From: a virus
Virus record (IMG/VR): IMGVR_UViG_3300020157_000001
Span: 27,206-91,205 of that record
Length of the DNA stretch: 64,000 nucleotides
Reading direction: 5' to 3' (one strand)
In this document: positions 1 through 8,335 of the stretch, in pieces
Layout: every line of letters starts with the position of its first letter
How positions within the stretch are numbered: the first letter of the stretch is position 1
The notes under the pieces: model-generated
Seen by the model: the letters and a program-made list of their open reading frames with translations, nothing else
What the model was told of the DNA's origin: nothing
The model's database searches: none
Program-made: the position numbers and the translations under genes

Positions 1-281
1 CAACGGATGACAGGTTTGATGGAGATAGCAGAGATAGTATCCCCAGTCTCCCCTTCTACGTCATCAAACCCTATAACGAATAGGAGATCTATGCCTCGGG
101 GGGCGACGAAGCCACGTGCAATAGCACATGCTTTAGCTGCTTGGTTGACTGCACTAGCGCCAATGGCACGGAGCTTGGGGGTTTGCCCAGCTACAACGGC
201 CCTTGCGAGAATGCTTCCAACACTTTGCGGGTTACTAGATCCGCCAACACGGATCATGTCATCAGACGGTTCGATACTCAT
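1..281 (-). CDS. spoVS: SpoVS-family (Alba-like) nucleic-acid-binding protein; stop codon cut by window edge
   Basis: Not in ORF track. Manual translation MSIEPSDDMIRVGGSSNPQSVGSILARAVVAGQTPKLRAIGASAVNQAAKACAIARGFVAPRGIDLLFVIGFDDVEGETGDTISAISIKPVIR matches the SpoVS signature AIGAxAxNQAxKAxAIARGFVAP; AAGGAG RBS at 287-292. Confidence 0.9.
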   Translation of the reverse strand, partial: MSIEPSDDMIRVGGSSNPQSVGSILARAVVAGQTPKLRAIGASAVNQAAKACAIARGFVAPRGIDLLFVIGFDDVEGETGDTISAISIKPVIR

Positions 282-322
282 TGATACTCCTTAGCAAACG
301 ACTTATATCGCTTCTAAGCCTA

Positions 323-697
323 TCAGAGGTATCCTGCGTCTTTTAGGAGATCAGCTAGATCTTCCAATCTAAGTAACGCATACGTATTACCTAGGGTTTT
401 AGTACCTACGCCGGGGCGCTTGAACACCACTACGGGAAGGGCGTTTCCCCCTACCTTAGTCATAGCAGCCTGCGTAACAGCATCATTTAGCCAGCCAGAT
501 AGGTGGAATGTCTTGTGGTTCTTGCACTGTATAATAGATTGTCTATGGGGTGCTTTGATACCGTTGATATCACCGCTATCCAGCGCACCACTTGTGGCAG
601 GGCGGTAGGCATTACCGAAGCCCTTTTCCTTGAGGAAGTCAACTACCTGAGTCTCAAAGGTCGTGCCCTTGGCCTTCATACGGTTTCCTGAACTCAC
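323..697 (-). CDS. Holliday junction resolvase-like PD-(D/E)XK nuclease
   Basis: KGTTFETQVVDFL...GDING...IQCKN motifs; GTG start overlapping the upstream stop (GTGA) preferred to 784. Confidence 0.75.
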   Translation of the reverse strand: MSSGNRMKAKGTTFETQVVDFLKEKGFGNAYRPATSGALDSGDINGIKAPHRQSIIQCKNHKTFHLSGWLNDAVTQAAMTKVGGNALPVVVFKRPGVGTKTLGNTYALLRLEDLADLLKDAGYL

Positions 698-1074
698 GCA
701 GTAGCCACCATGAAAGGGACTCCATGTCCTGCTGCGATAATGCGCTGAGACAGACTGAGGGATGCGTGATCCTGAGCAGGCCAAATGTTGGCTAGCCAGC
801 GACCGAACGAGTCTGCCTTGGCTGTCTCAATGTACAGAGGCCAAGGTGAGCCGTCGTCCCACGACCGGATCATAGCGTCGGTGAAGTTCATAGCCGCCAC
901 TCCTGCAACATGAGAGGCGGTGCGATGAACCTCGGGGCAGTTGACCCCCAGCAGACGCATATGGTCGGTACGAGTGGTACCAAACCCTGTGTCTACGACA
1001 AGCTCAACGGTGTCCCCGTCTACTACTCGTACGAACTTAGCTGGGTAACGATAAAAGAACGGTGCTGTAGCCAT
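694..1074 (-). CDS. Thermonuclease (staphylococcal nuclease family)
   Basis: VVDGDT, RLLGVNCPE and DSFGRWLA motifs. Confidence 0.9.
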   Translation of the reverse strand: MATAPFFYRYPAKFVRVVDGDTVELVVDTGFGTTRTDHMRLLGVNCPEVHRTASHVAGVAAMNFTDAMIRSWDDGSPWPLYIETAKADSFGRWLANIWPAQDHASLSLSQRIIAAGHGVPFMVATA

Positions 1075-1346
1075 TACGGAAGTCTACTATCCAAGATATG
1101 GCCGATGTATGCGAATCCCTCCATCATGGTAATCAAATCATGGAGTTGCTTGGGGTCAAGATTCTTCCAACTGCCCTTGCTATCTTTGTCAACAGATGGC
1201 AGCATCTGTGCAAGTTCGTACCGCTCGTCATCATTAAGACCTATATCAGTAGCCATACTAAAGGCTTTGCGTAGCCTGTTCTGGCGCTTCTCTTCAATGA
1301 TATTCTCGGAATCCTCTGGGAGGGGGCCTCTTACTATGTTTCTCAT
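1074..1346 (-). CDS. Hypothetical protein
   Basis: Coupled by ATGA and TAATG overlaps to both neighbours. Confidence 0.7.
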   Translation of the reverse strand: MRNIVRGPLPEDSENIIEEKRQNRLRKAFSMATDIGLNDDERYELAQMLPSVDKDSKGSWKNLDPKQLHDLITMMEGFAYIGHILDSRLP

Positions 1347-2230
1347 ACCGGCTTCCAACATGAAGTCTTGTAGGGACAGTACTTACAGGTATCGCATGTC
1401 TTATGCGTGGCCGATGCGGGCCTATCTGGAGTGGTTTTAGTGTGGAGGGCAGAAATTACTTCGACCGCTCCTACAAGTATGCCATTTACTAGGTTGGGGT
1501 CGAACTTGATGGAGAACTCTTTGATGTCCTGCGTTGGCTTCCACTCGTAGATAACAACAGCATCGTGTACGCCAAAGCAGTACATGTAGAGCTGGATCTG
1601 ACGGTTGTGAGAAGCAAGGGGGCGCTTGATGCGCTTCCATAGTTCGTCTAACCCAATCAAACCATCTGAGTAGGGCTTGTACAGGGCGGGGGCATCCATA
1701 CGGATCGTACCTAGTCCTACGCTCTTGATCTCTACGAGGGCTTGCCCTTTGTCGTCTTCGATAAGACCATCCGCATGACCCATAATCATATGCTCTTCGT
1801 TACGGATAGGAATCTCTGCGTATACGAGGTCCATCTCGTAGCATGAAGGGCAGCGATCAGGGGACTTAGCCCACCACTTGTGGGAGCACCGCTTACACTT
1901 CCAGTCCCCTACGAGCATCCCCGTCTTGTACATCCAGTGCTGCCACTTGGCATGGATGGAATGCCCCTCCTCAAAGATGTTCAGCCGTTGGAAGCTGAAC
2001 GAGTCAGGATCACTTACCTCGGTGTCGGTGATCTTGAAGTAAGACTGACGGGGGCACCAGTTCTCCTTAGCCATTTCGGATGGGTGGAGGTGGACGGTAT
2101 CACGCTGGGCATTACGCTCTGCCGAATCATAGAGCAGCACACGTTCGATAACTCCAAGAAGGCGACGCTCTGCCGTAGAAGACAGCATCTCCTTGTAGGT
2201 CTTAAGGTACCAAGGGATTGTGTCGCTCAT
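1343..2230 (-). CDS. Cas4-like/RecB-family exonuclease
   Basis: WCPRQ, GHSIH, GHADG..VEIKS, QIQLYM and C-terminal CKYCPYKTSC Fe-S cysteines. Confidence 0.85.
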   Translation of the reverse strand: MSDTIPWYLKTYKEMLSSTAERRLLGVIERVLLYDSAERNAQRDTVHLHPSEMAKENWCPRQSYFKITDTEVSDPDSFSFQRLNIFEEGHSIHAKWQHWMYKTGMLVGDWKCKRCSHKWWAKSPDRCPSCYEMDLVYAEIPIRNEEHMIMGHADGLIEDDKGQALVEIKSVGLGTIRMDAPALYKPYSDGLIGLDELWKRIKRPLASHNRQIQLYMYCFGVHDAVVIYEWKPTQDIKEFSIKFDPNLVNGILVGAVEVISALHTKTTPDRPASATHKTCDTCKYCPYKTSCWKPV

Positions 2231-2547
2231 TCGATGCCAGCTATCTCTAAGAAGTCGTCTTCCAGTAAGACTACATAGTTGTGACCACCCAAGTCAAACT
2301 GGAGAACAGGAATCCTGCTCGACGCGATGGCGTTCTTGGTTAAATCACGCAAGTCAAGGGCTTTAACGCTATATGACTTGGCGTTGATATCCATCTTGGT
2401 CTTGTTCTCAATAAGGAAGCGCTCGGTAGTCACGTCATTCTTACGTTTCCAGCCAGCTCCAGACATGATGTTTCGGGAGCCGTTGTACTTCTCAGCAGTG
2501 CGCTTCTCTTGAGCGTCTGACTTCTTCTGTACGTCAGTCCTGCTCAT
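2227..2547 (-). CDS. Small PD-(D/E)XK nuclease, putative second Holliday junction resolvase
   Basis: QEKRTA..SGAG..KNDV..LIENK motif, directly after recA. Confidence 0.65.
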   Translation of the reverse strand: MSRTDVQKKSDAQEKRTAEKYNGSRNIMSGAGWKRKNDVTTERFLIENKTKMDINAKSYSVKALDLRDLTKNAIASSRIPVLQFDLGGHNYVVLLEDDFLEIAGIE

Positions 2548-3640
2548 CTTCGTCCTCATATGCAAGGTCGCTCACGGGGGCGGTCATGGTATCACGCTCG
2601 GCAACGGCAGCGAAGGCTGACTCCCAGAGGTCACGCTGCAAGTCCAAGTCTTCACGCACGGCAGCAGGGATGATCGTCGTAGCGCAGTCCTTACCACGCC
2701 ACGTGTTCTCCTTAAAGCTGTACGTCGCACCTCGGCGCTCAATGACTCCAAGAGACAGACAGACGTTGACCATATCCTTGATGGTATCGAACTGCCCCAT
2801 CTTGAATGCACCGTTCTTGGTATCTGCGAAGTAGAAGTCAACCTGTGCCACCTGCTGTGGACGATAGGTCTTGTTCTTGAAGACTCGGGTCTTGATGGTC
2901 TGACCCACACGGTCTTCGATGCTGCTACTTTCCTTGATCCACTCGGCATTGGTGACTTCCATGCGAGTGAAGAAGTAATAGTTCTTAGCCTTACCGCCGG
3001 GGGTCGTGCGTGGGTCACCGAACATGACACCGATCTTGTCACGCCACTGGTTGATAGCGATCATCGTACAGCCACGCTCTTCGTCAGTAAGACTACGACG
3101 CTGTGCCACGGCTGACTTCTTGAAGAATCGACTAAGGATCTGTGCGCCCGTAGCAACCGAAGGTTCGTCCATATCCTTGTTCATCTCGGTGACTGTCACC
3201 ATGGCAGGCAGGGAGTCTAGCACGACTAGATCGACGGCACGGTTAGACACGGCCTTGAGCACTAGGTCTAGTGCAGGCTCCATCTCGTTGGTCTCAATGA
3301 CCCACATGCGATCAAGGTCTACCCCGAACGATGATGCGTACGACGGGACGTACTCCTCGGCAGCTACCCATAAGGCAATGAAGTTGGGGTCTAGTGCTTG
3401 GTTGGCAGCGATGGTCTTGTAGCAGAGGGCGGTCTTACCGCTGCTCTCTAGTCCAACGATCTCATTCCATTGGTTCTTAGCCCAGCCCCCACCAAGGGCA
3501 AGGTCATAAGCAAGGATGCCTGTGGTGAGATGAGGCACTTCTTGCCTAGCCTCTGATCCTAAGATCAGGATGGGGGCCTTCATCTTCTTGTTGATATCGG
3601 ATGCTAGCTCTTGTAACGTCCTGAAACGGTCGTCAGCCAT
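2534..3640 (-). CDS. recA: RecA/UvsX recombinase
   Basis: DLALGGG, Walker A GLESSGKT, VVLDSL, INQWRDKIGVMFGDPRTTPGGKA; GGAG RBS before ATG 3640. Confidence 0.95.
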   Translation of the reverse strand: MADDRFRTLQELASDINKKMKAPILILGSEARQEVPHLTTGILAYDLALGGGWAKNQWNEIVGLESSGKTALCYKTIAANQALDPNFIALWVAAEEYVPSYASSFGVDLDRMWVIETNEMEPALDLVLKAVSNRAVDLVVLDSLPAMVTVTEMNKDMDEPSVATGAQILSRFFKKSAVAQRRSLTDEERGCTMIAINQWRDKIGVMFGDPRTTPGGKAKNYYFFTRMEVTNAEWIKESSSIEDRVGQTIKTRVFKNKTYRPQQVAQVDFYFADTKNGAFKMGQFDTIKDMVNVCLSLGVIERRGATYSFKENTWRGKDCATTIIPAAVREDLDLQRDLWESAFAAVAERDTMTAPVSDLAYEDEDEQD

Positions 3641-3708
3641 AGTATTGTTCTCCACTTTATAGTTGTCTTGTGTAATGTCTTGTCTTTTAATGTTCTTACT
3701 ACTAACCA

Positions 3709-4107
3709 TTACACCCAGCTAGATTGATCCCCCTGAGTAATTCCATTGGCTTTCCAGCCACACTCAAAGCATCGGGCAGAGGTGCGTGCCGGTGTTCCCG
3801 AATTGAGGTTATGAATGGCTCCGGTGTTGCTCATACCGAACACGTTTCCAGAGCCACAATTAGGACAGGAGTTATGTCCTTCGGAACGCATAGCTTGCCC
3901 ACCCTTAACGCCCCAAGTGTTAAGGGCATCAATGAAGGTCTTGGGGATAGTTGGATCGTCTTGAGGAATGGGAACGGGTGACTGCTGCTGATATGGGGGT
4001 TGTTGAGGGGGAGGAGCATAAGGTTGCTGATATGGAAGTTGGTATGGCTGCTGCTGGGGTTGGGGGGTTCCACCCAACTTGCGGCTCCACCAATCAGAAT
4101 TGCTCAT
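3709..4107 (-). CDS. Hypothetical protein, Q/P-rich region plus zinc ribbon
   Basis: CPNCGS...CFECG motifs. Confidence 0.7.
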   Translation of the reverse strand: MSNSDWWSRKLGGTPQPQQQPYQLPYQQPYAPPPQQPPYQQQSPVPIPQDDPTIPKTFIDALNTWGVKGGQAMRSEGHNSCPNCGSGNVFGMSNTGAIHNLNSGTPARTSARCFECGWKANGITQGDQSSWV

Positions 4108-4570
4108 AGTCGTCATCCTCATCATCTTCGTAGTCTGGGTCGAAATCCATATAGCCTATATCTTCTTTGTAACTATATTCTAAGGAATCAATTGGAACTG
4201 CTGTCTCAGTATCAGCATCGTATTCTGCTAACACGATGGTAGGAGAGTACGCCAACATGATGAGACCTTCCTCCTGTAGGCGCATAAGTGTAGCAGCCAT
4301 AAGGGATACGAAAGCACTATAGGTTGATGACATATGGTCGAGATCCCAATCGGGTTGGCACACAAGATGCGTCATCCAACTAGCAGACTCCTTGGTGATA
4401 TCAAGGACTCCTGAGGCGTTGAGTGCCGCCCACCTCCGTAGTACTGCCATGCGCTCAAGGAATACACCTTGGTCATCTGGGGTGCCATACCCGATCTTCG
4501 CCGCCAACTCCTGTCCGTCGGTAACTGACATGTTGAGTATGAAGTTACGATGGTCAAGCATTTTACCCAT
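4094..4570 (-). CDS. Hypothetical protein with acidic C-terminus
   Basis: Tightly packed ORF in replication operon. Confidence 0.7.
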   Translation of the reverse strand: MGKMLDHRNFILNMSVTDGQELAAKIGYGTPDDQGVFLERMAVLRRWAALNASGVLDITKESASWMTHLVCQPDWDLDHMSSTYSAFVSLMAATLMRLQEEGLIMLAYSPTIVLAEYDADTETAVPIDSLEYSYKEDIGYMDFDPDYEDDEDDDYEQF

Positions 4571-4576
4571 ATGGAA

Positions 4577-6700
4577 CTACCCCTTAGCGTCGTACCAAGA
4601 CCCAGCATACCCTGCCGAAACTTTGATAGGTATACCCCTAATGATACTCCCATCTCCCATAGCATGTATGATCTTGGGTTCCCATTCTCCTAGTTCTTCG
4701 GTAGGAACTGAGAGAACCAACTCGTCATGTACCTGAATGAGAAGCTTTACATTCGTGTTACGGATGAGCTTGTCCACGTTAACGATTGCCTGCTTGCACA
4801 TCTCGGCAGCGGTGCCTTGGACAATAGCGTTCACGGCTTGGCGCTCGGCTGTCATGCGGAGAATACGTATCTTCTCATCGTTTCCAATGAGGTTTAGGTC
4901 AGGAAGTCTACGACGACGACCCCCCATAGTCTCAACATATCCAAGACGACGACCACGAACTACCACTTGTAGTTTCCAGTCTGTCATACCTTGATACGCC
5001 CTGTTATATTCCTTAATGACATCCTTAGCCCTGTCAAGGGTGATGACTCCGTTGGTGCTTTCCACCAAGCGCTTAGCTCCTCCACCGAATCCCATGAGGA
5101 AGTTGGGGGTCTTGCCGTACACCTGACGCTCTTCGGAGGTGACATCATCTACGTGCTTGCCAAGGATAAGGGAAGCTGTGCCAGAGTGAACGTCGATACC
5201 GCTCAAGAAGATCTTGGTGAGGTTCTTGTCCCCTGAGAACATAGCGAGGATGCGTAGCTCCACCTGATCGTAGTCAGCATCGAACAGCGAGTTGCCCGGT
5301 TCTGCTGTGAACAAGGAGCGTACCTTACCATCACGGGGGATGTTCTGTAGGTTGGGGCCGCTGCTGCTGAGACGGCCTGTAGCCGTGCGGTGCAAGTGGA
5401 ACTGCGGGTGCAGTCTGCCTGAGTGGAGCATAGGGAGAAGACCTTCAACATATGTTGACTTCATCTTCGTGAGTTCCTGCCAGCCAAGGAGGTGGTCAAC
5501 TACCTCATGCTTACCACGGAAGGACTCTAGTACGTCAGAGTCTACCGATGGGAGGGGGGCAGACTTAGCTCCTCCAGAGGTGAACTTCGTAGCCTTGAGG
5601 CCAAGTCCTCCCTCTTTCTTACCGGAGAATAGAAGCTGTCGCTTGTGCATGTTGGAGTCAGGGTTGAACCCCAGAGGAACGTGAGGGGACATCAGCAGGA
5701 GGAGGTTGTTCATCTCCAGAGTGAGAGACTTACCAAGCTTAGCCATTTCCCGCTTGTTCACCATCACACCAGCCTGCTCCATACGGGCAATAGGTCCGGT
5801 AACGGATATGTCCCCATACATGGCCTTAGTGAGGGAGGGGTGCTTTGTGATCTTACGGACGAGCTGCGAGTAGAGCATCCATGTCCACCGTGCGTCAAGA
5901 TGCACGTAGTAACAAGCCTTGCTGAACGATATGTTCTCCATATCAGCACCCAGCTTGCCGTCACGATAGTACGGCGACCATTGCTCAAACTGGTTGCCGA
6001 TCACCTTCTCCAGCGAGTAGCTCATCAGGTTCTCGCTGGTGATATGCATAAGGATCATGGTGTCGATGAGGCTGCCCTCAGGCATCCCACCGATGCTCTT
6101 AGCAATCGACCTAGCGTCGAACTTGATATTGTGCCCGACCTTAGGTATAGACGGGTCTAAGAACAGGGGGGCTAATGCACCCCATACTTCTGAGGGAGAG
6201 AGTTGCGTTGGGGGAGGGAGGAAGGTTCCCGGTACGAAGTACTTAGCCTTGGCTCCTGACTCCTTACCCGATGCAAGGACGGCGCGCATACCTAGAGGGG
6301 GCACAGTAGTACCATCGCCCCGCTCAGGAGGAGTAAGCATCTCACCGTGGGGATGAGTCATAGGGATAGCCCACGACTGCCCACGCACAGAGATACCAAT
6401 CCAAGTGACCTCGTTACGCAGAGGGTCTAGCGCCAGACTCTTCGTCCATGCCGCTTCCACTACCTGCTTGCTGCGAGCTATAACTGAGAGGTTGGTTGCC
6501 TTTAGCTCAGCCTGCTTGACGAGCCATTCCCGCTCAACCTCTTGGATGACTTCGGGATGGTTGTAGATGTTGCCGCGTGTCTCTACGTCAAAACAGAAGA
6601 TACCTTCCGTAGTGATAGCGTCTACAACCTCTTGTAATGCTTCGGAGGTCGATACGTAGGGGGGCGTTGCCCCCCTACGTACCTCAGTTGGGTTGACCAT
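4577..6700 (-). CDS. polA: Family A DNA polymerase with 3'-5' exonuclease
   Basis: ExoI FDVET, ExoII GHNIKFD, ExoIII YVHLD, TATGRLSSSGPNLQNIP, motif A DYDQVELR, motif C QVHDEL; start uncertain (6700 or 6736). Confidence 0.95.
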   Translation of the reverse strand: MVNPTEVRRGATPPYVSTSEALQEVVDAITTEGIFCFDVETRGNIYNHPEVIQEVEREWLVKQAELKATNLSVIARSKQVVEAAWTKSLALDPLRNEVTWIGISVRGQSWAIPMTHPHGEMLTPPERGDGTTVPPLGMRAVLASGKESGAKAKYFVPGTFLPPPTQLSPSEVWGALAPLFLDPSIPKVGHNIKFDARSIAKSIGGMPEGSLIDTMILMHITSENLMSYSLEKVIGNQFEQWSPYYRDGKLGADMENISFSKACYYVHLDARWTWMLYSQLVRKITKHPSLTKAMYGDISVTGPIARMEQAGVMVNKREMAKLGKSLTLEMNNLLLLMSPHVPLGFNPDSNMHKRQLLFSGKKEGGLGLKATKFTSGGAKSAPLPSVDSDVLESFRGKHEVVDHLLGWQELTKMKSTYVEGLLPMLHSGRLHPQFHLHRTATGRLSSSGPNLQNIPRDGKVRSLFTAEPGNSLFDADYDQVELRILAMFSGDKNLTKIFLSGIDVHSGTASLILGKHVDDVTSEERQVYGKTPNFLMGFGGGAKRLVESTNGVITLDRAKDVIKEYNRAYQGMTDWKLQVVVRGRRLGYVETMGGRRRRLPDLNLIGNDEKIRILRMTAERQAVNAIVQGTAAEMCKQAIVNVDKLIRNTNVKLLIQVHDELVLSVPTEELGEWEPKIIHAMGDGSIIRGIPIKVSAGYAGSWYDAKG

Positions 6701-6707
6701 CTTGTGG

Positions 6708-7412
6708 TCAGTCCGCTCCAATATCCTCTGCGGCAATAGCCTGCAAAGTCTTACGTGGAGTGATCTGAATGATGGAGTTGCTGTACACAGTCTTGCTCAA
6801 CTCGCTGAGTTGTGTAGCTGTGAGTGGGGCGTAGTCAGGCCAGTCTTCCTCAACGTCACGCTCCTTGACCAACTGAATGGCTGTGGCAGCGGAACCCTTT
6901 TTACCAGTCAAGGTGCAAGCCCAATAGTTCTTGCTCAGAGGACCTTGGGTTGGATTGTTGTGGAAGTTCTTCAACTGATCCAGCACTCGGGGGCCAACGT
7001 CGAAGCTACGACGGACAGCACCGCCGCCCTTCTCCATGAGGAGGACGTTGAATGAGAAGCGTGCGCTTGGGCGGTCGCCAGCATCGCACAGAGGGCAACC
7101 GCTAGGGTCAACCGATGCGAGGCACGTGAACGACTTCTGTCCCGAACGCTCAATCCAGTGCTGGTGGTAGCTGGCGTATGGATCATCCTCATCGAACTTG
7201 ATAAGGACAGGGACGGATGAGAGCTTCAAACGCTGGGCGAATGGGCTGTCAGCCGCAATGACTGAATCGGCTGCTCCCCAGCCACGCTTGATAACCCGAT
7301 TCGCTGTAGCAGCGACCTCAGGGCTAACTTGCTCACGCTCTGGAGCGGAGGGAGGAGTGTCGATCTCCTCGGTGGATACTGCACTATCGTCGGTGTCGTC
7401 GTAACGGCCCAT
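6708..7412 (-). CDS. Single-stranded DNA-binding protein, gp32-like
   Basis: YHQHW..SFTC..GCPLC zinc motif; position beside polymerase. Confidence 0.75.
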   Translation of the reverse strand: MGRYDDTDDSAVSTEEIDTPPSAPEREQVSPEVAATANRVIKRGWGAADSVIAADSPFAQRLKLSSVPVLIKFDEDDPYASYHQHWIERSGQKSFTCLASVDPSGCPLCDAGDRPSARFSFNVLLMEKGGGAVRRSFDVGPRVLDQLKNFHNNPTQGPLSKNYWACTLTGKKGSAATAIQLVKERDVEEDWPDYAPLTATQLSELSKTVYSNSIIQITPRKTLQAIAAEDIGAD

Positions 7413-7436
7413 GGTCTTCTCGTTTCTTGGAGTGTC

Positions 7437-7886
7437 TTAGGTAGTTGGGTATTGCTTGAGGTGCTGAATGAAACCAGTCCAGTCAGCGGTATTCGGTACG
7501 TCCAGTCGGAACTGATCGAACGCTTCGATCAAGTATACCACTTGATCTTGGGTGTACAATCGTCGCCCTTTGACTGGCTTACCTCCTAGGGTAGCACCTT
7601 CGGGGGGGCGTGTCCTAATCTTAGGACGAGGCAACCACCCTTTGAGTTCCCATGATCGGATGGTCACAGGCTTTCTACCAAGGACTTTAGATACCGCCCC
7701 GATGGTGTAGCACTGTTGGGCTACTCCACCAACAGAGTACAGCTTAGAGGGAAGTTCGTTGAGAAACACAACCTTATCGTTCTTCGGAGGAAGTTCCCCA
7801 CCCTTACGATTACGTGGGGTAGTACCACCGGGATAGTCTTTCGTATCCGTATCAGGGTTGTTGAACATGTCTAGTGGATCTCGCAC
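7437..7886 (-). CDS. MerR-like helix-turn-helix DNA-binding protein
   Basis: YTIGAVSKVLGRKPVTIRSWELKGWLP...RRLYTQDQV; start uncertain. Confidence 0.8.
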   Translation of the reverse strand: MRDPLDMFNNPDTDTKDYPGGTTPRNRKGGELPPKNDKVVFLNELPSKLYSVGGVAQQCYTIGAVSKVLGRKPVTIRSWELKGWLPRPKIRTRPPEGATLGGKPVKGRRLYTQDQVVYLIEAFDQFRLDVPNTADWTGFIQHLKQYPTT

Positions 7887-7888
7887 GG

Positions 7889-8296
7889 TCAGTACTCGTA
7901 CTTCTTCTGAGGTGTGGGGGCGGCGAACGCCCACGTTACCTTCTCGGTATTGAATGAGCGCACGACGCTCTCTACCTCTGGGTGGAGGAATGCGTAGGCT
8001 GCAATCTTGTCAGGGTCAACGAACACCTGAGTTACCGTCGTGGTAACGTCATCAGTGATACCCATTTCCTTGGCCCATGCCTCTGCTGCATCGGCGTTCC
8101 AGAACTTGGATACACGACGCTCACGCTTGAGCAGGTATTCGCCCCCGGCCAGCCAGTAATGCCCTGACGAGTCCTGCTCTCCTGCTTTTTCCACTTGTGC
8201 CATGAGCATGTTCTTGAGTTCATCTTTACGCTCCGTGGCTGCTTTAACGTGTGCGGTCTGCTTCAGGTACTCTTCTGCGAGTCGGTCGATGTTCAT
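7889..8296 (-). CDS. Hypothetical coiled-coil protein (possibly Gam/host-nuclease-inhibitor-like)
   Basis: Helical N-terminus; ATG 8296 lies 7 nt below a -10 box. Confidence 0.6.
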   Translation of the reverse strand: MNIDRLAEEYLKQTAHVKAATERKDELKNMLMAQVEKAGEQDSSGHYWLAGGEYLLKRERRVSKFWNADAAEAWAKEMGITDDVTTTVTQVFVDPDKIAAYAFLHPEVESVVRSFNTEKVTWAFAAPTPQKKYEY

Positions 8297-8303
8297 GGAC
8301 GAG

Positions 8304-8332
8304 ACCATACTCCCGCTATCGAAGAAAGTCAA
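8304..8332 (-). promoter_or_regulatory. SigA-type promoter, probably leaderless
   Basis: TTGACT-17 nt-TATGGT, then 7 nt to ATG. Confidence 0.7.
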
Positions 8333-8335
8333 TCA

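Noticed and set aside
7-294. 95-aa plus-strand ORF
   Set aside because: Antisense shadow of the spoVS gene
1343-2230. CRISPR-Cas system suggested by Cas4-like gene
   Set aside because: No cas1/cas2 or repeat-spacer array; solo Cas4-like nucleases are common in phages
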